43,588 nucleotides of DNA, taken from positions 1 to 43,588 of the forward strand of contig JAZSHZ010000315.1 of assembly GCA_045533555.1 (NCBI GenBank). The letters are read 5' to 3'. Source of the stretch: Eubacteriales bacterium (GTDB lineage: Bacteria > Bacillota > Clostridia > Oscillospirales > JAAYXM01). Positions 32,541-43,188 of this stretch are shown here, piece after piece. Made by a program: the position numbers and the translations under genes. The stretch's first letter is position 1. Every line of letters begins with the position of its first letter. The notes beneath the pieces are model-generated. The model did not search any database. It was not told the origin of the DNA and was given only the letters and a program-made list of their open reading frames with translations.

Positions 32541-33905
32541 TTATATAACCTTTTTGTTGAGCCATTTGCCGCTTCTGTAGCGGATGATATTGAATATAGT
32601 TCTGCAGAACCAGTCGCCCCACATACCTATCCAGATGCCGATGAGCCCCATATTGAAGAAGCGGCCGAGAAGATAGGAGAAGCCGACGCGGAAGGTGAAC
32701 ATACTTGCAACCGCGAGAATGACGGCATATTTCGTGTCGCCCGCGGCGCGGTATGCAGCAACGGGGACGAATGACCATGAATATACCGAGGCGATCGTCA
32801 GAAGCGCGCCCGCACCCGTTATATATGCCGAATACTCAAGCGCCTCCTCCGAGAAATCGAAGATGGAGACGAGCTGATGGCGTAGGATGAAGACGATTCC
32901 GAAGAGGACGACCGTGAGAATGATGCAGAAATTGCAGATTTTTTTCGTATACATCTTTGCCTGATCCTTCTCCTGCGCGCCCATACATTGACCGACGACC
33001 GTGAGAAGAACCGTTCCGAAGGCTCCGACGGTTGACCAGCCGATGTTGCAGAGCGTGTTTGCGACGGAGTGCGCCGCGATGGCAATCGTTCCGAAGGAAG
33101 CGACAAGGCTTGAAACGAGAAGCTTTCCCGCCTGGAAAAGCCCGTTCTCAAGTCCGTTTGCACCGCCGATTGTAAGAACTCTTTTGAGTATATCCCAATC
33201 GGGGCGGTATTTAAGCAGCCCTTTGAAGTGGACCGTGAGGCTTTTGTTGTGGAGAATGATGAGACCGCCGACCGCCCAGACGAATCTTGCCAAGGTCGTT
33301 GAAATGGCGGCGCCTGCAACGCCCATATCAAGACCGTAGATAAGAATGGCGTTGCCGATAACGTTGAGAATGTTTATCAAGCCCGCAAGGAAAAGCGCAA
33401 GCGTGCTCTTTGCCTGCGCGCGCAGGAGCGCTGCGGAGGATGAGCCTATCGCGAAGAAGGGATAGCCGAGAAGCGTCCAGAAGAAATAGGTCTTTGCGTT
33501 CTCGAAAACATCCGCCTCGATTTTTCCGAAGACGAGCGTTATGGACTGAGGAATAAAGCAGAGGAGAATCGCCATAAGGACTGCCGCAATCGCGGTTGAG
33601 GCGACGAGAAGCTGATTTGCGCTCTGCTTCGCCTTTTCTATATTGCCGCTTCCGATATATTGAGAGGTGACGACGACACCGCCCGTTGTGACCGCATTGA
33701 ATATGAGGATGAACATAAGGTTCAATGAGTCAACGAGCGAAATGCCCGAAACCGCGGCTTCGCCTGCGCTTGAGACCATTGCCGAGTCGACGATACCTGC
33801 AGCAATTGCGAGAAGCGCATCAAAGACTATCGGAAGGGCGAGAGCGACGAGCTGTCTGCCCGAAAACATAGGCTCGGATATTCTTGGTGTGTTTGTTTTG
33901 TTCAT
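32541..33905 (-). CDS. MATE-family efflux transporter (paralog 2)
   Basis: Same motif set as paralog 1. Ends in GKWLNKKVI. Confidence 0.85.
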   Translation of the reverse strand: MNKTNTPRISEPMFSGRQLVALALPIVFDALLAIAAGIVDSAMVSSAGEAAVSGISLVDSLNLMFILIFNAVTTGGVVVTSQYIGSGNIEKAKQSANQLLVASTAIAAVLMAILLCFIPQSITLVFGKIEADVFENAKTYFFWTLLGYPFFAIGSSSAALLRAQAKSTLALFLAGLINILNVIGNAILIYGLDMGVAGAAISTTLARFVWAVGGLIILHNKSLTVHFKGLLKYRPDWDILKRVLTIGGANGLENGLFQAGKLLVSSLVASFGTIAIAAHSVANTLCNIGWSTVGAFGTVLLTVVGQCMGAQEKDQAKMYTKKICNFCIILTVVLFGIVFILRHQLVSIFDFSEEALEYSAYITGAGALLTIASVYSWSFVPVAAYRAAGDTKYAVILAVASMFTFRVGFSYLLGRFFNMGLIGIWIGMWGDWFCRTIFNIIRYRSGKWLNKKVI

Positions 33906-33914
33906 AAAAATTAC

Positions 33915-35270
33915 CTATATAACTTTTTTCTTCATCCATTTACCGCGATGGAAATGTATTCTGTTTATTATGGAGCGCGAGAACCAGTCTGCCCACATAC
34001 CTATCCAGACGGCAAGAAGCCCCATATCGAAGAGATAGTTCAGGAGATATGAAAGCCCTACGCGGAAGGTAAACATCGTGCTTACCGCGAGAACAACGGC
34101 ATATTTCGTATCGCCTGCCGCGCGGAAGGTTGACATGGGAAGGAATGACCAGGAGTAGCCTGCTATGATTGTGAAAAGAGATGCCACTCCGGTATAGTAT
34201 GCGGCTTCGCGGAGAGCCTCCGCCTCAAAATCAAAGAGGAGGACAAGCTGATTCCGCAAGAGGAATATCGCGCCGAAAAGGAGGACCACGCCGACAGTTG
34301 CCGCCCGCATCATTTTCTTTGAATAAAGCTTTGCCTGATCGGGCTTTCCCGCACCCATACATTGACCGACAACGGGGAGAAGTGCCGTGGAGAATGCGCC
34401 GATGGTTGACCAGCCTATGTTGGTGATTGCGGAAGCAACGGAGTTTGCGGCGATGGCGATTGTTCCGAGCGAGGAAACAAGGCTTGCGACAAGGACCTTT
34501 CCCAGCTGGAAGAGACCTTGCTCGATACCGTTTCCTCCGCCGATTATGCAGACCCGCTTCATCATATCGCGGTCAATGGAGAATCTGCAAAGATTCTCAA
34601 AGCGAACCTTCATATGATGATCGTGCATTATCCATACTCCCGCAACTGAGAAAACCACGCGCGAAAGAGATGTGGATATAGCCGCGCCTGCAACTCCCAT
34701 ATCGAAGCCGTAGATAAGAATTGCATTTCCGATAACGTTCAAGATATTGTAGCCTGAGGTGAGGGAAACGGAAAGCTTGTTCTTGCCCATTGAGCGCATA
34801 AGCGCGGTGCATCCGTTTCCTACCGCGAGGAACGGATAGCCGAGCAATATATAGAAGAAATAGTCGCGCGCATTCCGAAAAACATCTTCTTCGATTCCGC
34901 CATATACGAGATTCAGTATCTGCGGAATGAAGCAGAGCAAAAGCGCAGTCATGGCAAGTGAAGTGAAAAGCAAAAGGTAAAAGACCTGATTTGCGGAGCG
35001 GTTCGCCTTCTGCATATCGCCTCTTCCGATGTATTGCGAGGTGACGACAACGCCGCCTATCGCAAGCGCGTTGAAAAGCGTGACGAAAAGGAGATTGAGA
35101 GAATCGACGAGCGATACGCCCGAAACTGCCGCCTCACCTGCACTCGATACCATGGCCGAATCGACGAGACCTGCCGCAATGACAAGAAGCGCATCGAGAA
35201 TAAGCGGTATCGTAAGGTTTACAAGATCGCGGTTTGTAAACATAGGTTTTTCGGAAAGAGTTTTATCCAT
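33915..35270 (-). CDS. MATE-family efflux transporter (paralog 3)
   Basis: Same motif set as paralog 1. There is a 9-nt gap to paralog 2. Confidence 0.85.
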   Translation of the reverse strand: MDKTLSEKPMFTNRDLVNLTIPLILDALLVIAAGLVDSAMVSSAGEAAVSGVSLVDSLNLLFVTLFNALAIGGVVVTSQYIGRGDMQKANRSANQVFYLLLFTSLAMTALLLCFIPQILNLVYGGIEEDVFRNARDYFFYILLGYPFLAVGNGCTALMRSMGKNKLSVSLTSGYNILNVIGNAILIYGFDMGVAGAAISTSLSRVVFSVAGVWIMHDHHMKVRFENLCRFSIDRDMMKRVCIIGGGNGIEQGLFQLGKVLVASLVSSLGTIAIAANSVASAITNIGWSTIGAFSTALLPVVGQCMGAGKPDQAKLYSKKMMRAATVGVVLLFGAIFLLRNQLVLLFDFEAEALREAAYYTGVASLFTIIAGYSWSFLPMSTFRAAGDTKYAVVLAVSTMFTFRVGLSYLLNYLFDMGLLAVWIGMWADWFSRSIINRIHFHRGKWMKKKVI

Positions 35271-35316
35271 TTTAAATCACCTTCAGATTTGAAAGAGAAG
35301 CATTCTGCCGGAAGAA

Positions 35317-37083
35317 TTACATTTTTTCGGGAATCTCCGTCGAGAAGATATCGAGGAGAGTTACAAGCATTCTGCGGACGAGCTCAATGATGCGGAGCCA
35401 GGATGCGCGCTCTGCGACATTTTCGTTTGCAAGAATCTTGTTTTCAAAATAGAAGCGGTTGAAGAGACCCGCGATGTCAAACATGACCTCGCAGATTGCG
35501 TTCGGTGCCTTATCGTCAAATGCGCGGATGAGAACGTCACCGACGGAGAAGAGCTTTATAAGAAGCTCGCGCTCCGTGTCGCTTGAAGGCGCGAGAATCT
35601 CGCCGGGAGCCGCGCCCGCCTCTTTCGCCTTTGCGAGAAGGGAGGTGATTCTGACGACGGTATACTGGAGATAAGGACCTGTCTTTCCCTCTGTTGCGAG
35701 AAAGCGGTCAAGGTCGAATATATAGTCGCGTGAGCGGTGGTTGATGAGATCACCGAATTTTATTGCGGCGATGCCGATTGTTTCCGCAATCTTATCGCGC
35801 TCGGTTTCCGAGAGCTCCTTTGCGATCTCGGAGGAATCGATTCTTTCCTTTGATGCCGCCTTTGCGGAATCGATGAGGACGGAAAGGCTCATAACGCCGC
35901 CCTCTCGCGTCTTATAGGGCTTGCCGTCCTTGCCGTTCATCGTTCCGAAGCCGACATGGTAAAGCTCGGTTTCGGGGCGGATGAGCTCTGCCTTCTTTGC
36001 GAGGCGGAAGACCTGCTTGAAGTGCATCGACTGGCGGCTGTCAACGACATACCACATCTCATCGGGGTTGAAGTCAGCCATACGCTGGACGATTGTTGCA
36101 AGGTCGGTCGTCGCATAGAGCGCCGAGCCGTCGGACTTGCTGATGATGACGGGAGGCATGGGCTCATCGTCCGTCTCCTCCGCGACATCCGCGATAAGCG
36201 CGCCGTCGCTCAGATAGGTGAGCTTCTTGTCCTCAAGCGTCTTGAGAAGACCGGGGACATAGGGATCGGCATCGCTTTCACCGAGCCACTTGTCAAAATC
36301 AACGCCGAGGCGCGCATAGCTGCGCTTGAGGTCGGCAATGGAGACCTCGAGGAACTTTTTCCAGAGCGCGACATAGCCTGCTCTTCCGTTCTGAAGGTCG
36401 AAGGTTGCGCGCATTGCGCGGGCGCGGAATGCCTCATCTTCCTTCGAGCGGGAGGATGCGCGCGGATAAAGCTCGGAAAGATCGTCTATCGTGACGGGCG
36501 ATTCGCTCGGATATTCGCCCTCGTAGCTTTCATCGAAATAGCAGAGCTCCGGCTTTTCTCTCTCAAGCTCGGAGATGATGAGACCCATCTGGAGACCCCA
36601 GTCACCGAGATGGACATCGCCGATGACGTTATGGCCGAGGAAGCGCGCAAGACGCTTGAGTGTCTCACCGATGATTGCCGCGCGCAGATGGCCGACGTGG
36701 AGCGGCTTTGCGACGTTCGGACCGCCGTAGTCGACGACGATCGTCTTCTCATCCATAAGCGGGAGCGCAAGGCGGTCGCTTTCGACCATTGCGGTTGCCT
36801 CGCTTGCGATGAACTCATCGGAGAGGATGATGTTTATAAATCCGGGCGGAGCAACAGTGACGCTCTTGAAGATTTCATTTTCGGAAAGGCGGGCGAGGAC
36901 ATCGTTTGCGATCATCATCGGAGCCTTTCTGTGGAGCTTTGCACCCGTCAGCGCACCGTTGCACTGAAACTGGCAAAGGTCGGGGCGGTCGGAAAAAGTG
37001 ACCGCGCCGAGAGATTTATCATAACCTGCCGCGACGAAAGCCTCTTCGACAATCGCCGTAAGCTTATTCTTTAAAGTTTTCAT
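35317..37083 (-). CDS. argS: Arginine--tRNA ligase
   Basis: The track gives 37107. ATG 37083 has GAGGTG upstream. Class I HIGH-type motif (PNVAKPLHVGHLR) and a C-terminal DALR anticodon-binding region. Confidence 0.9.
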   Translation of the reverse strand: MKTLKNKLTAIVEEAFVAAGYDKSLGAVTFSDRPDLCQFQCNGALTGAKLHRKAPMMIANDVLARLSENEIFKSVTVAPPGFINIILSDEFIASEATAMVESDRLALPLMDEKTIVVDYGGPNVAKPLHVGHLRAAIIGETLKRLARFLGHNVIGDVHLGDWGLQMGLIISELEREKPELCYFDESYEGEYPSESPVTIDDLSELYPRASSRSKEDEAFRARAMRATFDLQNGRAGYVALWKKFLEVSIADLKRSYARLGVDFDKWLGESDADPYVPGLLKTLEDKKLTYLSDGALIADVAEETDDEPMPPVIISKSDGSALYATTDLATIVQRMADFNPDEMWYVVDSRQSMHFKQVFRLAKKAELIRPETELYHVGFGTMNGKDGKPYKTREGGVMSLSVLIDSAKAASKERIDSSEIAKELSETERDKIAETIGIAAIKFGDLINHRSRDYIFDLDRFLATEGKTGPYLQYTVVRITSLLAKAKEAGAAPGEILAPSSDTERELLIKLFSVGDVLIRAFDDKAPNAICEVMFDIAGLFNRFYFENKILANENVAERASWLRIIELVRRMLVTLLDIFSTEIPEKM

Positions 37084-37164
37084 AGAACACCTCATACAAA
37101 TTCGCATCCGCAGATGCGAATGAATCTAAATTGCTTTTGCAAAGACCTGTCTTTGACGAAATGT

Positions 37165-38601
37165 TTAATATGCTACTCCCCAGTAGATCATATGCTTTGC
37201 GGGCTTGCCGCAGATGGGGCAGACGTCGGAGAGAGTCTCCTGCGCAAACGGGATGCAACGGCTGGACATTCCTGCCTGCTCCTTCATTGCGAGCTCGCAT
37301 TCGAGATCTCCGCACCACATTGTCTTGACGAAGCCGCCGTTCTTTTCCTGAATCTCTTTTGCTTCCTCAAGGGAATATGCGGCATAGATGTTATCCTCAA
37401 GGTTCTTCTTTGCTCTTGCAAAGAGGCCGTCGTGAACTGCCTGAAGCTGCTCGGCAACTGCGCTCTCAAGGTTTTCGAGCTTGACTGTGATCTTTTCTCT
37501 GTCATTGCGGCGGACGAGGACGCATTCGCCGTTTTCAAGGTCGCGCGGACCGCACTCGATGCGGAGCGGAACGCCCTTCATCTCATATTCTGCGCACTTC
37601 CAACCCATGGAGTTGTCGCTGTCGTCGAGCTTTACGCGGACGCCTGCCGCCTCGAGGCGAGCCTTGAGTTCGTTTGCCGCGTCGAGAACGCCCGGCTTAT
37701 GAGCCGCAATCGGGATGATGACTGCCTGAACGGGAGCGATTTTCGGCGGGAGAACGAGACCGTTGTTGTCGCCGTGGGTCATGATGATACCGCCGATGAG
37801 ACGTGTCGAAACGCCCCACGATGTCTGATGCGGGTTCTTGAGCTTGTTGTCGCGGTCTGCGAAGAGGATCTCAAACTGACGCGCGAAGCCATCACCGAAA
37901 TAATGGGAGGTTCCTGCCTGAAGCGCCTTCTTGTCGTGCATCATGCACTCAATCGTGTAGGTTGCTTCCGCACCCTTGAATTTTTCCTTATCCGTCTTCT
38001 GTCCGCGTGTGACGGGCATAGCAAGGACGTTTTCGCAGAAATCGGCATAGACGCCGAGCATAGTCTCCGTGAATGCCTTTGCCTCTTCAGCGGATGCGTG
38101 GATCGTATGTCCCTCCTGCCAGAGAAATTCGCGGTGGCGGAGGAAGGGGCGCGAGGTCTTCTCCCAACGGAGAACACTGCACCACTGATTATACTTCATC
38201 GGGAGATCGCGGTGGGACTGGAGAACATTTGCGAAATGCTCGCAGAAAAGAGTCTCCGAGGTCGGACGGATCGCATATCTCTCTTCGAGCGGATCGCTTC
38301 CGCCCGTTGTTACCCATGCGCACTCGGGAGCAAAGCCCTCGACGTGGTCCTTCTCCTTCTGGAGGAGTGATTCGGGAATGAGAAGCGGCATATAGACGTT
38401 CTGGACGCCCTGTTTCTTGAATTCCTTATCCATAATTGCCTGGATGTTTTCCCAGATGGCATAGCCGTAGGGACGATAGATAAAGACACCCTTTATCGAT
38501 GAATAGTCAATGAGCTCTGCCTTCTTGCAGACATCGGTAAACCATTGCGCAAAGTCTACCTCCATATCGGTAATCTGTTCAACCTTCTTATCGTTAGCCA
38601 T
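37165..38601 (-). CDS. proS: Proline--tRNA ligase, archaeal/eukaryote-like type with C-terminal zinc-binding domain
   Basis: Class II motifs. The N-terminus ([17 protein letters not shown]) and the C-terminal CPICG...YWGVAY are typical of the short-form ProRS. Confidence 0.9.
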   Translation of the reverse strand: MANDKKVEQITDMEVDFAQWFTDVCKKAELIDYSSIKGVFIYRPYGYAIWENIQAIMDKEFKKQGVQNVYMPLLIPESLLQKEKDHVEGFAPECAWVTTGGSDPLEERYAIRPTSETLFCEHFANVLQSHRDLPMKYNQWCSVLRWEKTSRPFLRHREFLWQEGHTIHASAEEAKAFTETMLGVYADFCENVLAMPVTRGQKTDKEKFKGAEATYTIECMMHDKKALQAGTSHYFGDGFARQFEILFADRDNKLKNPHQTSWGVSTRLIGGIIMTHGDNNGLVLPPKIAPVQAVIIPIAAHKPGVLDAANELKARLEAAGVRVKLDDSDNSMGWKCAEYEMKGVPLRIECGPRDLENGECVLVRRNDREKITVKLENLESAVAEQLQAVHDGLFARAKKNLEDNIYAAYSLEEAKEIQEKNGGFVKTMWCGDLECELAMKEQAGMSSRCIPFAQETLSDVCPICGKPAKHMIYWGVAY

Positions 38602-38606
38602 GATAT

Positions 38607-39818
38607 CTATTCTCCTTTAATAAATCTTTTCATGATAGTGTAGGCAAAGGGGATGAGCTTGCCTGTCTTCTCCGCGTTTTCCTCCGTGTAGGAAAGACCG
38701 CTCTTTTCATCTATCCCCGCGCCGTAGAGAACATATGGGACGGGCGCGATGACGTGGGTTCTCTCCTCGATCGGTGTCGGGTGGTCGGGAAGGAGAAGGA
38801 TCCTGTAGTCCTCGCCGCTCTTGTCGAGATATTCCTTGACGGGAGCTAGAATTTCCGCATCGATCCTCTCAATGGATTTGACTTTGAGCTCCGTGTCTCC
38901 GTCGTGGCCGCATTCGTCGGGAGCTTCGACATGGCAGAAGACGAAATCGTTGCCGTCCTCATAGCCCTTGATGCAGGCTTCAGCCTTGCCCTTATAGTTC
39001 GTGTGGTAATCGCCCGTCGCACCTTCGACGGAATAGGGAGTGAGGCCGATTCCGAGCGCGATGCCTGCGATGAGCGGAACTGCCGTTATGACAGCGCCCG
39101 AGACCTTGTGCTCCTCGGGGAAGCTCGTGAGCTGCGGCTTCGTTCCCTCGCCCCAGAGCCAGAGGCAGTTTGCGGGCTTGAGTCCTTTTTCCATTCTCGC
39201 GATATTGACGGGATGCGCCATGAGAAGCTCATAGCTTTCCTTCATCATCGAAAGAACCTTATCTCCGTAGGGACCGCCCGGGAGATACTCGCCGATTCTC
39301 TTTCCGAGAATATCGTGGGGCGGCATCATCGTATAGTTATAGTCGATTCCGTTCCAGATCATAATATGGCGGTAGCTGACTCCGCGGTGCATTTTGATGG
39401 CATCGGTCTCAAAACGCTCGCGGAGAGCATCGAGAAGCTCATATGCCTCTTCGTTTGTGATTTTATCCGAGCTGTGGTCAAGCATTATTTTATCTTCAAA
39501 TTCGCCGTCCGTCGAGATGCTGACGAGGTTAAGACGAAAGACCGTGTCATCATCGCGGAGCGGGATCTCGAGGCCGAGCGCCTCAATCGGGCTTCTGCCC
39601 GTGTAGTATTTCTTCGGGTCATAGCCGAAAACACAGAGGTTTGCGATGTCGCTTCCCGTCGGCATTCCTTCAAAGAGCGTGTTCGCAAGGCCGAGCTCGC
39701 CGTTTTCGGAGATATAGTCCATCATCGGTTTTTTTGCCGCGCCGAGCGGGGTCTTGCCCGAAAGCTCGGGAATCGGTCTGTCTGCCATACCGTCGCCGAG
39801 CATAACAAAATCTTTCAT
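38607..39818 (-). CDS. Cofactor-independent phosphoglycerate mutase family protein (archaeal ApgM-like)
   Basis: LGDGMADRP...GKTPL...[13 protein letters not shown] at the N-terminus, and [10 protein letters not shown] metal-site motif. Confidence 0.75.
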   Translation of the reverse strand: MKDFVMLGDGMADRPIPELSGKTPLGAAKKPMMDYISENGELGLANTLFEGMPTGSDIANLCVFGYDPKKYYTGRSPIEALGLEIPLRDDDTVFRLNLVSISTDGEFEDKIMLDHSSDKITNEEAYELLDALRERFETDAIKMHRGVSYRHIMIWNGIDYNYTMMPPHDILGKRIGEYLPGGPYGDKVLSMMKESYELLMAHPVNIARMEKGLKPANCLWLWGEGTKPQLTSFPEEHKVSGAVITAVPLIAGIALGIGLTPYSVEGATGDYHTNYKGKAEACIKGYEDGNDFVFCHVEAPDECGHDGDTELKVKSIERIDAEILAPVKEYLDKSGEDYRILLLPDHPTPIEERTHVIAPVPYVLYGAGIDEKSGLSYTEENAEKTGKLIPFAYTIMKRFIKGE

Positions 39819-39832
39819 ATTGCGTTTTCCTT

Positions 39833-40759
39833 TCAGTGGAAAGTTATTTTTGCAGATTCAATTTCGGGGTTCGCGGCTCTTCCCGCGGGATCATAATACG
39901 GATTTTCCGTATGCTCGCGGCCGACGCCCATATAGGTAGTGCTCTTCATTCCTTCAATCGTTACCGTCGTCCCCTCAAGCGTGATTATCGCGTGGATGGG
40001 GTCGTTGTATACTATGGTGTTCGGAAGGAGTCTTATCTCCTTGCAGCGCTCTTCGGGATATTTCGTGTAGGGCTTGCTTATCCAGTCAAACGATGCGGAG
40101 TTGAGGTCAAAGTGGATGACTCCGTCGAGAAGCCTTATGCTGTTGCGGTGGTAATGACCGTTGATGACCATGAGGACGGCGTGCGGACGTTTCTCATTCT
40201 GTTCGCGGATCATATCGAGGACGTCCTGCCTGTTCTTGATTCCGTCGGGTCGCTCAAGGCTTGCGTGGGAAATGAGGATGCATGGCTTATCCGCCTCCTC
40301 GATCGTCTTTCTCATCCATTCGATCTGCGCGGGCGGAAGCCAGTCGCGCGCTTCGGGAGTCTTGAAGTAATTCCCCATATCATAGTGGACATACTCGCCG
40401 TCGATAAGGCAGTAGTTCGGGTCATAGACGATGAAGCGATAGCCCTCGCAATCGAAGAAATAGTGAACATCGGGCATCTTATAGAGCTTCAGGACTTTTT
40501 CAAGCGGCACATTGTCGGTATCGTGGTTTCCGAAGCAATGGTAGGTCGGGATATCGAGGTTGTTATAAGTCTCTATAAAGTTCTGATAATCATCATCGGG
40601 GGAATAGATGTCTCCGCCGTGGGCAAAATCGCCCGCATGGATGATGAAGGAAGCACCCGCCTCCTTTGCGCGGTTATGAATGAATTCGAGGTCTTCATAT
40701 GTTCCGCCATCAAAAACACCCGGCGCATAGTGAAGATCTGAGAAAATTGAAAATTTCAT
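39833..40759 (-). CDS. Calcineurin-like metallophosphoesterase
   Basis: The track gives 40801. ATG 40759 has AAAGGAG upstream. Motifs SDLHY, AGDF, GNHD, NGHYH. Confidence 0.8.
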   Translation of the reverse strand: MKFSIFSDLHYAPGVFDGGTYEDLEFIHNRAKEAGASFIIHAGDFAHGGDIYSPDDDYQNFIETYNNLDIPTYHCFGNHDTDNVPLEKVLKLYKMPDVHYFFDCEGYRFIVYDPNYCLIDGEYVHYDMGNYFKTPEARDWLPPAQIEWMRKTIEEADKPCILISHASLERPDGIKNRQDVLDMIREQNEKRPHAVLMVINGHYHRNSIRLLDGVIHFDLNSASFDWISKPYTKYPEERCKEIRLLPNTIVYNDPIHAIITLEGTTVTIEGMKSTTYMGVGREHTENPYYDPAGRAANPEIESAKITFH

Positions 40760-40913
40760 GGTGAAAAACTCCTTTGGACACAGCTTCACATAATAATCCA
40801 TTTTAGTTAAAGTTAATTATACCATTATAAATATGAAAAATCAATGTTTTTGCTTGATTTTAGGCGAAAAATAATGTATGATACAAGGGATAAATTTTGT
40901 GAGAGGTGCACAT

Positions 40914-41477
40914 ATGCTTATTATCATGTCGGGAAGCGCCGGTGTCGGCAAAAATACTATTATCAACGAGCTTTTAAAGGAATATAACAACCTGACTCTT
41001 ATGACGACGGTTTCGACCCGTGCGATGCGCCCGGGTGAGGAGCAGGGAAGACCTTATTATTTTGTAAGCCTCGATGAATTCAATGCAATGGTTGAGCGCG
41101 GCGAAATGCTTGAAACTTGCCCGATCCACGGGAATATGTATGGCTCAAGCCGCAAGATCCTGGAGGAAAAGGAAAAAGAGGGAAAGGTTCTCATCAAGGA
41201 TATAGACGTTGAGGGGACGCTGAATCTCAAAAAGATTCTTCCCGATATCGTCACGATATACTTAAAGCCGAAGAGCATCGAGGTTCTCCGTGAGCGCCTC
41301 ATCGGACGCGGAGAAAAGGATATCGACCTTCGCCTGAAGAGATATGAATATGAAGAGGAAATGTCAAAGCATTATGACTATGTCCTCATAAACGATAAGA
41401 TGGAGGATACACTTGAGGTACTCCGCAAAATCCTTAAGGAAGAAACCGAAAAGCGCGGAGTCGCGCTCTCTGTCTGA
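40914..41477 (+). CDS. gmk: Guanylate kinase
   Basis: The track gives 40878. ATG 40914 has GAGAGGTG upstream. P-loop GSAGVGKNT, then TTRAMRPGE..G..Y.F. Confidence 0.85.
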   Translation: MLIIMSGSAGVGKNTIINELLKEYNNLTLMTTVSTRAMRPGEEQGRPYYFVSLDEFNAMVERGEMLETCPIHGNMYGSSRKILEEKEKEGKVLIKDIDVEGTLNLKKILPDIVTIYLKPKSIEVLRERLIGRGEKDIDLRLKRYEYEEEMSKHYDYVLINDKMEDTLEVLRKILKEETEKRGVALSV

Positions 41478-41486
41478 GAAAAGTGA

Positions 41487-41526
41487 AAAGAGCAGTGGAT
41501 TTTCAATGATTTCCACTGCTCTTTTT
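41487..41526. terminator. Bidirectional terminator
   Basis: AAAGAGCAGTGGA...TCCACTGCTCTTT, a 13-bp stem with flanking A/T runs. Confidence 0.8.
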
Positions 41527-41527
41527 A

Positions 41528-43120
41528 TCATTTCAGTATCTGAGAAATGAGGTTATATTCGTTTGTGAGGATCGTGTCTATTCCCATATCGAGATATTTT
41601 TTTGCTTCGTCCGCATCATCGGCGAAGAAGACGTTGCAGATAATACCGTTTGCCTTTGCCTTGTCTATCATTTCCCGGTTGAAATAGGGCTTGAACAGCT
41701 GAACCTTTTCCGCACCGAGCGCAATCGCGCGGTCAACTATCTCCCACGGTCTTTCGGGAAGATGACCGACGCAGACAGGGATATCGGGTGCATATTCCTT
41801 GAATTTCTTTATAACGCCGTCGTGCGATATCATAAAATAGACGTATTTTTCGCAATCGTACTTCCTGATAAGAGCGATGATTTTCTTCATAGCCTCATCG
41901 GAATATTCATCCGAAAGCGTTTTTATGTGGATATTCATAACCGTATGGCAGGAGAATTTCTTGAGAATATCCTCAAAGGTCGGGATTTTCATCCCCGCGA
42001 ATTTTTCACCGTATTTTATTCCGAAATCGAGAGCGCAAAGCTCCCCGAACGTCTTTTCGTAGACTTTTCCGCTGCCGTTTGAAACGCGCTCAAGTGTCGG
42101 GTCGTGGATAGAGACGATCTCGCCGTCAATAGTCGGCCAGAGGTCAAATTCGATCTCGTCCGCGCCCATTGCAACTGCCGCGCCGAAGGCGGGCAGGCTG
42201 TTCTCGGGAAGCACGGAGGAAAAACCGCGGTGAGCGCATATTCTCGGATAGGGCATCAGCGCATTGTGTTTCACTATTGCAGGACCTGCCGGGCGGTATT
42301 TCCAGGGGCGTCTTCCTGTTTCGATATATTCATAGTGCGGAGCATCGGGGTTTCCGAAGCCTGCGGGCTTTAAGTATTTCTTCGTCGGGTCAATCTCAAC
42401 CGTTTCGAGACCCACACGGCTCTTCATATTTGCAAGAACATCTCCGTTCGGCGCAACGACCATACTTGCACCGCAGATATCCGAGGATTCATCCATTGAG
42501 ATTGATGAGCGGATAACGTATGCGTTTGTGTTATAAGCAAGGAAGCGACACGATATTTCAAGCGAAGAATGGGTGTCGCTTCTCTGGTGTGAGCACCCGA
42601 TGATGATGTCGAGATTCTGCCTTGCCATATTTGCAAAATTTTCGTAGAAATACAAATCATAGCAAACGAGGAATCCGAAGCGGAGCCCCTCCATCTCGAT
42701 AACGGTCGGGAAGGTATGTTCAAAGCTATAGTCCGAATCGAGCTTTGAAATGTTTACCTCATTGGGGACAAGGTGCTCTTTATAGTATTTTCCTGCAATC
42801 TCGCCCTGTCTGTTTATTGCATAGGTGGTGTTGCGGAGCTTTCCGCCGCCCATATCGGATCTGGCATTCACGAAAAGCATTGAATTGCAGCGCTTTGCAG
42901 TTTCCATGCACTTATCGAGAAGAACCTTGTTATATTTTGAAACGCTTTGATTCTCCTCCTCAAGATTTCCTGCGCGGCAGGGAATATCAGCGGATTCGGG
43001 AAGCACGATAATATCCATGCTTTCATCGCAACGGTCAAGGTGGGCAAGCTGCGCCGCAAAAAATTCATCCGACCTTGAATGATCCGTCGAATAGGCGGGT
43101 TGAATGAGACATACTTTCAT
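41528..43120 (-). CDS. Fusion protein: N-terminal carbon-nitrogen hydrolase (nitrilase superfamily) + C-terminal glycerophosphodiester phosphodiesterase (GDPD)
   Basis: CN-hydrolase E-K-C pattern (IIVLPES, YYKEHLV, FLVCYDLYF). GDPD motifs (ICAHRGFS..PENSL.AF, EFDLW.T.DGE.V..HD). Confidence 0.75.
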   Translation of the reverse strand: MKVCLIQPAYSTDHSRSDEFFAAQLAHLDRCDESMDIIVLPESADIPCRAGNLEEENQSVSKYNKVLLDKCMETAKRCNSMLFVNARSDMGGGKLRNTTYAINRQGEIAGKYYKEHLVPNEVNISKLDSDYSFEHTFPTVIEMEGLRFGFLVCYDLYFYENFANMARQNLDIIIGCSHQRSDTHSSLEISCRFLAYNTNAYVIRSSISMDESSDICGASMVVAPNGDVLANMKSRVGLETVEIDPTKKYLKPAGFGNPDAPHYEYIETGRRPWKYRPAGPAIVKHNALMPYPRICAHRGFSSVLPENSLPAFGAAVAMGADEIEFDLWPTIDGEIVSIHDPTLERVSNGSGKVYEKTFGELCALDFGIKYGEKFAGMKIPTFEDILKKFSCHTVMNIHIKTLSDEYSDEAMKKIIALIRKYDCEKYVYFMISHDGVIKKFKEYAPDIPVCVGHLPERPWEIVDRAIALGAEKVQLFKPYFNREMIDKAKANGIICNVFFADDADEAKKYLDMGIDTILTNEYNLISQILK

Positions 43121-43140
43121 TTTTAAAATACCTTTCCGTA

Positions 43141-43176
43141 AAAAAACTTCCCGATTTTAAAGGCGGGAAGTTTTTT
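43141..43176. terminator. Bidirectional terminator after rubrerythrin
   Basis: A6-CTTCCCG-attttaaagg-CGGGAAG-T6. Confidence 0.7.
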
Positions 43177-43188
43177 AGCTATTGCTGA

